A stretch of DNA of 64,000 bases from a virus, in IMG/VR virus record IMGVR_UViG_3300045988_054045. One strand, 5' to 3'. The notes under the pieces are model-generated. The model saw only the letters and a program-made list of their open reading frames with translations. It searched no databases and had not been told where the DNA came from. Position numbers and translations under genes: made by a program. Shown here one piece after another: positions 52,779 through 61,804 of this stretch; position 1 is the first letter of the stretch, and every line of letters starts with the position of its first letter.

Positions 52779-55277
52779 ATGAATATAGAATTGTTAAAGG
52801 GCTTGACAGATGCTGAGGTTAATCATAGTAGAGATTGTCATGGCTCTAATGTATTAACTCCACCTAAAAGAGACCCTTGGTACATACTTTTCCTTGAGAA
52901 GTTCAAAGACCCCCTAATTCAAATATTGAGTGTCGCTGCAATTATTGCATTGGTGCTGGGAGTTATTAAGTCGGAATATTTAGAACCTATTGGTATTATA
53001 GCCGCTATCTTGTTAGCTGTAACTATAGGATTCTTAAATGAGTATAGTGCATCTAAGAAATTCGATGTACTTACTTCAAGTTCTGATGATACACTTGTCA
53101 AGGTAAGGAGAAATGGGATAGTAACCCAAGTAGCTCGAAAAGACTTAGTTGTTGATGATGTAGTGCTGTTAGAAGCTGGAGAAGAAATTCCTGCTGATAT
53201 TACAGCCTACGAATCTCATAACTTAAAGGTTAATGAGTCTGTTCTAACTGGAGAATCTAAGGCTGTTACTAAGCAACCTAAAGAGGAAGGTGAATTAAAT
53301 GCCACTTATCCCTCTTGGCTATTACTGAAAGGAACTATCGTTGAAGAAGGTTCTGTAGTAGGTGTGGTCAATGCAGTTGGAGATAATACGGCATTTGGAC
53401 AGACAGCACGTAAAGCTGCTGAAATTACTGACACAGAGACTCCTCTAAACAAGCAGCTCAATGGTCTTGCTGATTTAATCAATAAGATTGCATTTGGTGC
53501 TGCTGGATTCCTTATTCTTGCTTTATTAGTAAGGTACTTCTTTATAGAACAAGCTTATGTAGGACAAGACTGGATGCAGATTACTAATGACCTATTATCC
53601 TTCTTAATGATTGCAGTTGCACTAATAGTTGTAGCTGTGCCAGAAGGATTGCCTATGGCTGTAACACTAGCCCTTGCGTATTCAATGAAACGTATGTCTA
53701 AGGCGAATAATTTGGTCAGAAAGATGCACGCTTGTGAAACCTTAGGAGCAACTACTCTTATTCTTACCGATAAAACGGGCACTCTAACAGAGAATAAGAT
53801 GAAGGTTGTAAATGAGGTAATGCCTAATAGGGCATATATTACTATCAATGCTCTTGCCAATTCTACTGCATATGTAGATGGTGATAAGACCGTTGGTAAT
53901 CCTACAGAGGGTGCTATAATTAAGTATATGGATGCTGGGGACTTACTTGATGATATAAGGAGAGATAATACTCCTGTGTTCAGAATGGACTTCTCAAGTA
54001 AGACTAAGTTTATGATGTCCATTGTTAAACAAGGTGATGCCTTTATTTCGTTGGTAAAAGGTGCTCCCGAAGTTGTTCTTACCATGTGTAATGAAACAGT
54101 AGAAGGTGGCTTACCAAGCTGTGTTTCGGAGCAGAACAAAGGACGTAGAGTTATAGGCTTTGCTTATAAAGAATCTATGACCTTAGAGGATGCTCAGAAA
54201 CTGAATGGCTTTACTTATAATGGTTTCATGGCTATTGAAGACCCAATCCGTAAGGATGTTCCAGATGCAGTTAAAGCTGCAAAAGAAGCTGGTATTAAGG
54301 TTAAAATCATTACTGGAGATGATCCAGCCACAGCTACGGAGATAGCTAGGCAGGCAGGACTAAGTGATAACCCAAGAGCTTTATTAGGAGAAGAAGTAGA
54401 AGACAGAATGTCAATTACTACTTTGAATAATACTGATGTATATGCTCGTACTAAACCAGAGGATAAACAAACTCTGGTTAAAATGTATCAGAGTATAGGA
54501 GAGGTTGTTGCAATGACTGGTGATGGTACTAATGATGCTCCAGCTTTAAATCATGCCGAAGTAGGTATAGCCATGAATAATGGTACGGACGTAGCCAAAG
54601 AAGCTGCGGATATTATCCTACTCGACAATTCATTCCCATCTATCATCTTAGGTGTTAAGTGGGGAAGAAGTCTGTACAAGAATATACAGCACTTCATTCT
54701 GTTCCAATTAACAATCAATGTTGTAGCTATACTTATAGCTTGTGTTGGTCCGTTCATTGGTATAGACCTACCCTTCACTGTTACACAGATGTTGTGGGTT
54801 AATTTAATCATGGATACATTCGCTGCATTGGCTTTAGCAACTGAACCAGCTAACGATGCAGTTATGAAGGATAAACCAAGAAGTCCTAAAGCATTCATTA
54901 TCACTAAACCAATGTGGTGTGAAATCTTTGGAGTTGGTATTATATTCTTCGTATTCTTAGTCACTTTGCTCTATACTAAAGCAGTATCTCTAACAGAGTT
55001 CTTTACGATATTCGTATTGTTACAATGGTGGAATCTGTTTAATGCTAGAGTGTTCGGACAAAGAAGAAGTATCTTTGATGGCTTGCTAAAGAATCCTGCG
55101 TTTGCTGGAATTGCTTTAGTTATTCTCGTTGGTCAATTCTTAATCGTACAATATGGTGGTGCTATGTTCAGAACCGAACCTCTCTCTATGGAGACCTGGG
55201 GTTTGATTTTAGCTGGAACTTCCGTCGTTACGGTTGCTAGAGAGTTGATGTATCAAATAAGCAAAATTTTCAAATAG
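52779..55277 (+). CDS. P-type (type II) Ca2+-transporting ATPase
   Basis: DKTGTLT phosphorylation site. PEGLP in M4. TGDGTNDAPAL hinge. 832 aa with multiple TM segments. Confidence 0.9.
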   Translation: MNIELLKGLTDAEVNHSRDCHGSNVLTPPKRDPWYILFLEKFKDPLIQILSVAAIIALVLGVIKSEYLEPIGIIAAILLAVTIGFLNEYSASKKFDVLTSSSDDTLVKVRRNGIVTQVARKDLVVDDVVLLEAGEEIPADITAYESHNLKVNESVLTGESKAVTKQPKEEGELNATYPSWLLLKGTIVEEGSVVGVVNAVGDNTAFGQTARKAAEITDTETPLNKQLNGLADLINKIAFGAAGFLILALLVRYFFIEQAYVGQDWMQITNDLLSFLMIAVALIVVAVPEGLPMAVTLALAYSMKRMSKANNLVRKMHACETLGATTLILTDKTGTLTENKMKVVNEVMPNRAYITINALANSTAYVDGDKTVGNPTEGAIIKYMDAGDLLDDIRRDNTPVFRMDFSSKTKFMMSIVKQGDAFISLVKGAPEVVLTMCNETVEGGLPSCVSEQNKGRRVIGFAYKESMTLEDAQKLNGFTYNGFMAIEDPIRKDVPDAVKAAKEAGIKVKIITGDDPATATEIARQAGLSDNPRALLGEEVEDRMSITTLNNTDVYARTKPEDKQTLVKMYQSIGEVVAMTGDGTNDAPALNHAEVGIAMNNGTDVAKEAADIILLDNSFPSIILGVKWGRSLYKNIQHFILFQLTINVVAILIACVGPFIGIDLPFTVTQMLWVNLIMDTFAALALATEPANDAVMKDKPRSPKAFIITKPMWCEIFGVGIIFFVFLVTLLYTKAVSLTEFFTIFVLLQWWNLFNARVFGQRRSIFDGLLKNPAFAGIALVILVGQFLIVQYGGAMFRTEPLSMETWGLILAGTSVVTVARELMYQISKIFK

Positions 55278-55278
55278 T

Positions 55279-55671
55279 ATGGAATATTGGGTATTATACT
55301 TATGTAGTATCGCTGACTCAGTTCATACATTGTTAATGGTTCTTTCAATTGTTGGTTTAATTGTATCAGCTATCTTATTCTTCATGTCAGTATGTAGTTC
55401 ACAGTGCGATGTTTGCGGCACCAGAACTTGCGTGGCTAAAGGGGTAAAGAAGTCTGGTGTAAAGAGGAAACACTTTGTAATACCTACTGCAATAGCAGCG
55501 GTGTTATGCGTACTTACTCCCTCAACTAACCAATGCTATGCCATATTTGGCGTAGGTGCAACTTTACATTATGTAAATCATAGTGAAGAAATGCAGAAGA
55601 TACCTGACAATGCAATGAAAGCTGTCAACCGATATTTGGAGTCTCTGGCTCCCAACGACTCCATACAATAG
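55279..55671 (+). CDS. membrane protein (130 aa)
   Basis: Starts 2 nt after the ATPase stop and has hydrophobic helices. Confidence 0.55.
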   Translation: MEYWVLYLCSIADSVHTLLMVLSIVGLIVSAILFFMSVCSSQCDVCGTRTCVAKGVKKSGVKRKHFVIPTAIAAVLCVLTPSTNQCYAIFGVGATLHYVNHSEEMQKIPDNAMKAVNRYLESLAPNDSIQ

Positions 55672-55759
55672 TTATAGGGGTCAATTCTGTCTACATTAGT
55701 AGATGGGTTGACCCTTATTTTTTGTAGATGTATGGTAAAGTAACTGAACAAGTCAATAA

Positions 55760-56248
55760 GTGAAAGGACTAAGTAAAGTTAAGGCATGGCTTGAGAAGAA
55801 GGAATTTATCCAAGTAGAACAAGTTGGAGATACCAACTCTGAATATTTTCAGTTGAGTGGGTTTCCAATTACAGTTAGACTGGGTGACCATCTAGGAAGG
55901 CAGAATACTATCTCTGATAAGTATATCAATGTTTTACCAGGCAACGATTGTGATTCATATGTACTCGTGATAGATAAGACTACTAAAGTTGTAAAGTATA
56001 AAGAGTTATTAAAGGTTTTAGAGAGCTTTATTTCCCTTTATTCAATTCTTCCTGACCATCTCAAATTTAGAGTTGAGATGAAAAAGGAATTTCAACAGAA
56101 GGAGTCTATACTAAACTCTGAGATTAATAACCTGAAAACATCTATTCAATCTTTAAAGGCTAAGATGAAAGATAAAATGAACAATTTCAGTCAGGCTATT
56201 AAGAAAGTAAACAACGACATTGTAGTCGAAATGAACAACTTGCAATGA
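55760..56248 (+). CDS. hypothetical coiled-coil protein (162 aa, GTG start)
   Basis: ORF track. Confidence 0.5.
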   Translation: MKGLSKVKAWLEKKEFIQVEQVGDTNSEYFQLSGFPITVRLGDHLGRQNTISDKYINVLPGNDCDSYVLVIDKTTKVVKYKELLKVLESFISLYSILPDHLKFRVEMKKEFQQKESILNSEINNLKTSIQSLKAKMKDKMNNFSQAIKKVNNDIVVEMNNLQ

Positions 56249-56637
56249 TTATAAGTAATATTATAGATTCATGGAAACATATTCCATATACTCTTAGACA
56301 TTATATTGCCTTCCTCAAGACTGAGAAGAAGTATATTGGCTATTATAAGTATAAGTTTCATGATTTAGATAAAGTTCTTATGTATATTATTATCCCTTGG
56401 TTAGGCACTAAGAGAATCAAGAAAATACACAGAGCTATTAACAAACATCATATCCAAAACCATAAAGCTGCTTATGAATGTAATTATGAAGAAGCGGTAA
56501 TAGATTGGGAATGTTGTCGGTTAACTAAACCTAATGAACCTATGAGTGCAAGGGAGTATTTAGAGTACAAGAAAGACACTCTCAGAGATGTACACTATGC
56601 CCATATGGACATGGTGATGAAACAATTTAACCTGTAA
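56245..56637 (+). CDS. hypothetical protein with HD-like motif (130 aa)
   Basis: KFHDLDK and HRAINKHH motifs. Weak evidence. Confidence 0.45.
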   Translation: MIISNIIDSWKHIPYTLRHYIAFLKTEKKYIGYYKYKFHDLDKVLMYIIIPWLGTKRIKKIHRAINKHHIQNHKAAYECNYEEAVIDWECCRLTKPNEPMSAREYLEYKKDTLRDVHYAHMDMVMKQFNL

Positions 56638-56644
56638 AGTAAAT

Positions 56645-56965
56645 ATGGTTATCGAGGAAGCTGATTTTAGAATGACATCTGGAGCAAGTGATTATTTCTG
56701 GGATTTAGAACTGCTCTATACAGTAAGACCAAAAGGTAAACCTGAGCGTCAGGAGTTTAAAGACGCAGGATTTGGTATGCCTTTAGCTACTTGTATCAGA
56801 AAGGTAATTCATCACAGAATATCTTGCAAAAGAGAAGTTGGTACTCTTCAAGAGTATGTACAAGATTACAAAGCGGAAGTAAAGAGATTGGAAGAGCTGC
56901 TCAATTCTTCTGAAGTTGAGAAGATGGTAGCTGACTCTAAACTAGCTAAATCTATAAAATCATAA
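56645..56965 (+). CDS. hypothetical protein (106 aa)
   Basis: ORF track. Confidence 0.55.
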   Translation: MVIEEADFRMTSGASDYFWDLELLYTVRPKGKPERQEFKDAGFGMPLATCIRKVIHHRISCKREVGTLQEYVQDYKAEVKRLEELLNSSEVEKMVADSKLAKSIKS

Positions 56966-56967
56966 CT

Positions 56968-57129
56968 ATGGCTTCGATTAAGAAATCTCCTAAGAAGGGG
57001 ACAAGACGCGTACAATCAGTTAGAGTTCTGGATTGTGGCAGGTGTGGTTTGCCAACAACTCACACTCTGTATGATGCAGAGAACAAAGTCTACAAGTGTA
57101 CTATTTGTGGTAGCGTAATTAAATTATAA
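56968..57129 (+). CDS. zinc-ribbon small protein (53 aa)
   Basis: CGRCG...CTICG. Not in the track. Confidence 0.45.
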   Translation: MASIKKSPKKGTRRVQSVRVLDCGRCGLPTTHTLYDAENKVYKCTICGSVIKL

Positions 57130-57131
57130 GA

Positions 57132-57557
57132 ATGTGTAACTCTAATTCATCAAATAAAATGAAGAAAGAAGAGAAAAAGAAGAAGGAAGAGGATTTGAGA
57201 GTTGATGTAAACAATGATGCCGAAATGGTAGCATTGGGTATTCGTAATCCACATGTAAAACCTCGTGACCCATCTGTATGGACTAAGACTGAGAAAGAAC
57301 GTAGGGCTTGGAAGAAGCAGCGTCGTTTCCCAGCTCCTGACACACGTTGGGCACCTCCTACGAGAACATCACGATTTACAGGTCGTCTTATTGTCCATGT
57401 AAAGGGACTTGATAAGACTACTTATCGTCACGACTGCCCAGAAACAGATATACCTTATCTGTTGAGTAAGTACAAGAGCGAACGTAGCTCTATAGTGAGA
57501 GCATTCTGGAATGGCAAAGAAATCGACCCAGAACGTCTACTCAAACAAGCAGTATAA
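57132..57557 (+). CDS. hypothetical basic protein (141 aa)
   Basis: ORF track. Confidence 0.55.
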   Translation: MCNSNSSNKMKKEEKKKKEEDLRVDVNNDAEMVALGIRNPHVKPRDPSVWTKTEKERRAWKKQRRFPAPDTRWAPPTRTSRFTGRLIVHVKGLDKTTYRHDCPETDIPYLLSKYKSERSSIVRAFWNGKEIDPERLLKQAV

Positions 57558-57828
57558 GCTGACTGAATATCCTAAGTTCCTATATGAAGTATCTCTATAT
57601 AAGATATGGAAAGATAGGGCAGAGTGTGTAGGAAGTCAGTTCTATGCAGCTGATACACCTTTAACTATTAAGAAAGAAACTATTAGTAAAAAGGTGGAAG
57701 ATTATAGGTTAGTTAAGTTTATTACTTGGCTATCGGCACCTCTAGATTACTTGATGCAAAACAACTTTAAATTAGTTACTGATGAGAGTACTAGACGCAC
57801 AAGGAAATCCAGAACAAAAAGAGACTAA
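57511..57828 (+). CDS. hypothetical protein (105 aa)
   Basis: ORF track; 47-nt overlap with the upstream gene. Confidence 0.45.
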   Translation: MAKKSTQNVYSNKQYKLTEYPKFLYEVSLYKIWKDRAECVGSQFYAADTPLTIKKETISKKVEDYRLVKFITWLSAPLDYLMQNNFKLVTDESTRRTRKSRTKRD

Positions 57829-57853
57829 GCAAGGTGTTCAGACAGTGGATGCA

Positions 57854-58441
57854 ATGCCTACTATGCAATATACAGAGAAGAACATTGATGAGAGTAGACG
57901 TAAGTGTACCTTATCAAGTGTAATGGTTGAAATGCTAGTAAAGCAACTATCAGCTGAGCTGGCTAACCATAGTCTGTATAGAACCTTTGCTAATTACTTT
58001 GATGTAGAGGGATTACCCAAATTGGCTACCTACTGGCTCGGTAGGGCAGCTGAGGAATACCTTCACCATGAGTGGATTTATAAGTATTTAACTACTAATG
58101 ATGCTCTGTTCCAATATCCACCAGTTCCAGCTATCAAAGTGAACATAACTGACAGAGTTATGCCTTTTGCTGCTACTGTTGATAGGGAGATTGAAACTAC
58201 TATGAGTATCAATAAGATTGTAGACCAGGCTCAGAAAGAGGGTGATTGGGCTACATTCCAGTGGTTGAATGGAGAGGATGAAGAGGAAGGTAGACTTGTT
58301 AAAGAGCAAGTAGAAGAAGAGTCTATTAGTAGGACTATTCTGGATATGGCTAAAGAAGAAGGCTCATGGTTGCGTAAGCAATCCACTATCCTAGCTTTCT
58401 ATCGTAACCCCGATAGCTTGCAGCCATCTCGTAAAGCATAA
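57854..58441 (+). CDS. ferritin-like protein
   Basis: SAELANHSLYRTFANYF...GRAAEEYLHHEWIYKYL di-iron helix pattern. Start set at an internal ATG. Confidence 0.65.
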   Translation: MPTMQYTEKNIDESRRKCTLSSVMVEMLVKQLSAELANHSLYRTFANYFDVEGLPKLATYWLGRAAEEYLHHEWIYKYLTTNDALFQYPPVPAIKVNITDRVMPFAATVDREIETTMSINKIVDQAQKEGDWATFQWLNGEDEEEGRLVKEQVEEESISRTILDMAKEEGSWLRKQSTILAFYRNPDSLQPSRKA

Positions 58442-58498
58442 GATTGTTTAGAACTACAAAGATTAGCCTAAAAATTATCTTATAATTTACATTTTAAT

Positions 58499-59014
58499 AT
58501 GAAAAAGGTAGAATATATTGTAGACAGTTTCAAAGACTTTACTGGTGCAGAACGTCAATTCGTAATGGCTGCTGTTAGCATTCATGGTGAACCAGAAGTT
58601 TACATTGAGGAAGATGGAGATATTATTGATAATGACATGAAAGTGTTATCTATCGGAGTATCTGTATGTCGTCCCGATGATGAGTTTAATGAAACTCTTG
58701 GCAAGACTATTGCCGAAGGTAAAGCTACGAAATATCGTAATCACGCACTGTATGCTGTAGATGCTGGATTGATTAACGAAACAATGGTGAAGGCATTACT
58801 TCAGCAGGAAGCTGAATATTTCAAGGTTAATCCTGGTCGTTATCTAGCTGGATATGATAGGGATGCTGAGAAGTATCGCAGAAGCGAAAGAATTGAGAGC
58901 TATATTGACTCTCTTGAAGGAGAAGCCAAAACTACATTCAACTACCTCACAGATGCAACTGATGAGGAGATGGAAAACATGGCTGAAGCAGTAAACTACG
59001 TACTCGGTGAGTAA
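58499..59014 (+). CDS. hypothetical protein (171 aa)
   Basis: ORF track. Confidence 0.6.
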   Translation: MKKVEYIVDSFKDFTGAERQFVMAAVSIHGEPEVYIEEDGDIIDNDMKVLSIGVSVCRPDDEFNETLGKTIAEGKATKYRNHALYAVDAGLINETMVKALLQQEAEYFKVNPGRYLAGYDRDAEKYRRSERIESYIDSLEGEAKTTFNYLTDATDEEMENMAEAVNYVLGE

Positions 59015-59321
59015 GAATTTACTGTGGTTAGTAATCCTATGCTTAGTAGGAGTGCTAATCTGGACGTGGTTAACTCCAACTAAGGAACCACAACCAATAC
59101 CTGACTATAATGAGTTAGTTAATCATATTGACTCTCTAAATAGTGAAATAAGTTTGCTCAAACTTCAGAGAGATTCTTTACATAATGTAATAGATTCCTC
59201 TAAAGTTAAAGTTGATGTAATTGAACATTGGTATGAAAAAGAGCTTACTGATATTACTAATCAGTCTATTGCCGACGATGTGGTGTTCTTCACAGAATAC
59301 CTATCCGAAGTTGGTAAATGA
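59007..59321 (+). CDS. N-terminally anchored membrane protein (104 aa)
   Basis: LLWLVILCLVGVLIWTW TM segment followed by a coiled coil. Confidence 0.5.
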   Translation: MSKNLLWLVILCLVGVLIWTWLTPTKEPQPIPDYNELVNHIDSLNSEISLLKLQRDSLHNVIDSSKVKVDVIEHWYEKELTDITNQSIADDVVFFTEYLSEVGK

Positions 59322-59646
59322 TTCGTTAGTAGTAATTACACCTCAACAGCTAAAGGCAACTAACTTAATATTCTTGGAACATAAGAAGTTTAAACTGGAA
59401 ATTCCAGAGCTTAAAAAGCAAATAACATCTTATGAAAGTTTGATTAACTCTTATGAGCGCAATGACTCTGTTAAGAATGCACAGATAAATAGACTTATGC
59501 TTCATGCACAGGCTTCTGAGCAGGTAATGCAGAATCAACTTAGAGAGATTAATAAACTTGAATCCAAGAAGAAACTCTACAAAGGGTTAACAGTTGGTGG
59601 CGTTACTGTTAGTGTGGTCCTTCTAATAACACTATTACTAAAGTGA
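59233..59646 (+). CDS. membrane protein with signal-like N-terminus and C-terminal TM (137 aa)
   Basis: Overlaps the previous gene out of frame by about 90 nt. Start uncertain. Confidence 0.4.
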   Translation: MKKSLLILLISLLPTMWCSSQNTYPKLVNDSLVVITPQQLKATNLIFLEHKKFKLEIPELKKQITSYESLINSYERNDSVKNAQINRLMLHAQASEQVMQNQLREINKLESKKKLYKGLTVGGVTVSVVLLITLLLK

Positions 59647-59663
59647 AGTATACCGTAGGAGCA

Positions 59664-59804
59664 ATGGTTTTATTGTTCATAGTTGTTATACATTTTTTAT
59701 TTGTTATCCCAGACCTTCTACTGGTATTACTGATACTGAACGCAATAGTGAACTTAGATTGGATATCGAACAAGATTGTAAAACTGTTAAAAAGACAAGT
59801 ATGA
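59664..59804 (+). CDS. small membrane protein (46 aa)
   Basis: Hydrophobic. ATGA overlap with the next gene. Not in the track. Confidence 0.4.
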   Translation: MVLLFIVVIHFLFVIPDLLLVLLILNAIVNLDWISNKIVKLLKRQV

Positions 59805-59998
59805 ATTTCACAGACATTTTTAAAGGTAAGAACCTGGTAGCTTTAATAGCTGCTGTTATTGTGTGTGTTCTATTGTCAGTGTTTGGAGTACCAAAGATAG
59901 CTATTTATGTGGTTATGTTTGCACTCGGCTGTAACAATAAGAACTTTGCACAGTGGGTGGAAGAAAAAATCATAATTCCATTTAAGAGGTTAATGTAA
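59801..59998 (+). CDS. small membrane protein (65 aa)
   Basis: Start moved to the ATG. Two hydrophobic helices. Confidence 0.5.
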   Translation: MNFTDIFKGKNLVALIAAVIVCVLLSVFGVPKIAIYVVMFALGCNNKNFAQWVEEKIIIPFKRLM

Positions 59999-60058
59999 TC
60001 ATATTATCTGGTATAGCTAAATAGGGTCTGGAGTTCATACTGGACTCAAGGTATTTCA

Positions 60059-60232
60059 ATGGCAAAGCAACTAAGTAGTTCCTTCGATAAAGACAAGGAT
60101 GGAGTTAGATATCAGCATCCAGAGCGTACCTGCAAGGATTGTGCTAAGTACCCCTGTTTCAGAGGTCAAGAGACGAAAACTTGTGATTATGCCAAATACG
60201 GTTGTAGGAAATATAAAGATAAGGAAGATTAA
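60059..60232 (+). CDS. Cys-rich small protein (57 aa)
   Basis: CKDCAKYPC...CDYAKYGC. Not in the track. Confidence 0.4.
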   Translation: MAKQLSSSFDKDKDGVRYQHPERTCKDCAKYPCFRGQETKTCDYAKYGCRKYKDKED

Positions 60233-60252
60233 TTATTAAAATCTCAATCATT

Positions 60253-60477
60253 ATGATAGAGTGTAACATCTACTCTGGACGTAAGGGAAGAATAGATTAC
60301 CAGGAGACTGGTAACTTCGAATCACTATTGGAGGCAGAACTCTATGCACAGGAAATTTCTGAGATGGATGCTAATGAATATGGCTATCCGCTTGAAGAAT
60401 GTGAATGGTTAGCTGTAGAAACTGCTACTGATAACATTCCTTACGATGAACGAGTAGGAGTGATGTATCTGAATTAA
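60253..60477 (+). CDS. hypothetical protein (74 aa)
   Basis: ORF track. Confidence 0.5.
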   Translation: MIECNIYSGRKGRIDYQETGNFESLLEAELYAQEISEMDANEYGYPLEECEWLAVETATDNIPYDERVGVMYLN

Positions 60478-60774
60478 ATGGAAACAATCCATGCCAAGTT
60501 GATAACCTTACGAGAAGATGTGGGTGGTTATATAATCTATGTCTTCCAGAATTTAGCTAATGGGGCTTATGAAATGATAACTCGATTACCTAGGTGGGAA
60601 TCTCCAGTTCTCAAGATAGGTGATGTGGGGTTTTTAAAGTACAATGAAGTAATAGCTGGTGAGGATACTTGGTATGACAGAGAATCTGGTCAGAAAGTTC
60701 CTTACCGCTTTACTGGAGTTTATTTTATAGACTTTGTTTATGAGAAACCAGCGGAATCAGATTTAATATTGTGA
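60478..60774 (+). CDS. hypothetical protein (98 aa)
   Basis: Abuts the previous stop. Confidence 0.55.
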   Translation: METIHAKLITLREDVGGYIIYVFQNLANGAYEMITRLPRWESPVLKIGDVGFLKYNEVIAGEDTWYDRESGQKVPYRFTGVYFIDFVYEKPAESDLIL

Positions 60775-60838
60775 AATAGATAGATGAACGAACAAAGAGA
60801 TTATTTTATATGACAAAGACTTAATATAGAATAACAAT

Positions 60839-61678
60839 ATGATGAAGGAAAAATTGGCTGCCGCTATTGCTAAGAAGAATAATGACATTAACACTTTCGT
60901 GTGGAAAGGTCGCAAGGTTGAAGTAAATGGACAACTCGTACAAGAAGAAAAGAAACTTGTTGATTGTTCTGAGAAAGAACTAAGAACGTTCTATAACCAT
61001 TGTGAATCTATGCTGTATAATGACAGCAAAGAATATCCAGGTCGCTATGTTCTGTTGGACATTATTAAAGACCAAAGAGAAAGATGTAATACTGAATTAT
61101 TCCTTCGCTGGTTGGAGCAAGATAGAGGTATTCCAAGATTTACATTCCTGCCTTCGCTGAGAGTGTTCCTTGATAACAACAAAGGTATTGATACCAAGGA
61201 AACATTCATCTCTGAGGCTTTGGTTGGGGACTGTCCTGCGGAGTTCGCGAGACTTCCTATTGACGTTGTCCTCGAAGGCTGTCTTGATAAGTTGGGTAAA
61301 TTTAACAAGCAGCACATAACATTAACATTTATCTTAAAACAAGGTCTATGGTTTACGCAGCAGGAATCTAAGGACCTGACCGAGAAAACTCCTAATGGAG
61401 AATATCGTGAAAAGGCTGAGGTAGCAAGAGAACGCCTTGGCTTGAATCCTACTGCAAATCTGTATATGACGCCGAAAGGTTTGTCATTCACTCAACTTCG
61501 TGCAATGGTAAACCTTAAGAGTAAGAAATACTCTGAACTTACTACTGCTCAACTGGAAACATTGAGAAACAGAATTCTGTTCTCTTTGGAAGATGAGGTT
61601 AAATTCCACATCAATCAGTGGGAAACCCGTAAGAACCAAATCAAAATGGTTTGTGATGCTAAAGGATTTACTCTTTAA
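60839..61678 (+). CDS. hypothetical protein (279 aa)
   Basis: ORF track. Confidence 0.6.
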   Translation: MMKEKLAAAIAKKNNDINTFVWKGRKVEVNGQLVQEEKKLVDCSEKELRTFYNHCESMLYNDSKEYPGRYVLLDIIKDQRERCNTELFLRWLEQDRGIPRFTFLPSLRVFLDNNKGIDTKETFISEALVGDCPAEFARLPIDVVLEGCLDKLGKFNKQHITLTFILKQGLWFTQQESKDLTEKTPNGEYREKAEVARERLGLNPTANLYMTPKGLSFTQLRAMVNLKSKKYSELTTAQLETLRNRILFSLEDEVKFHINQWETRKNQIKMVCDAKGFTL

Positions 61679-61804
61679 CATCTATACCCATCTACATTGG
61701 TTCTACATTTATACTCCTGAGTTTTATTCACTTATTATAGGGGTTTTGTTTACATAGCTATCAATAGAATTATAGAGTAAATTCAAGGGTAAAATTGATA
61801 GTAT

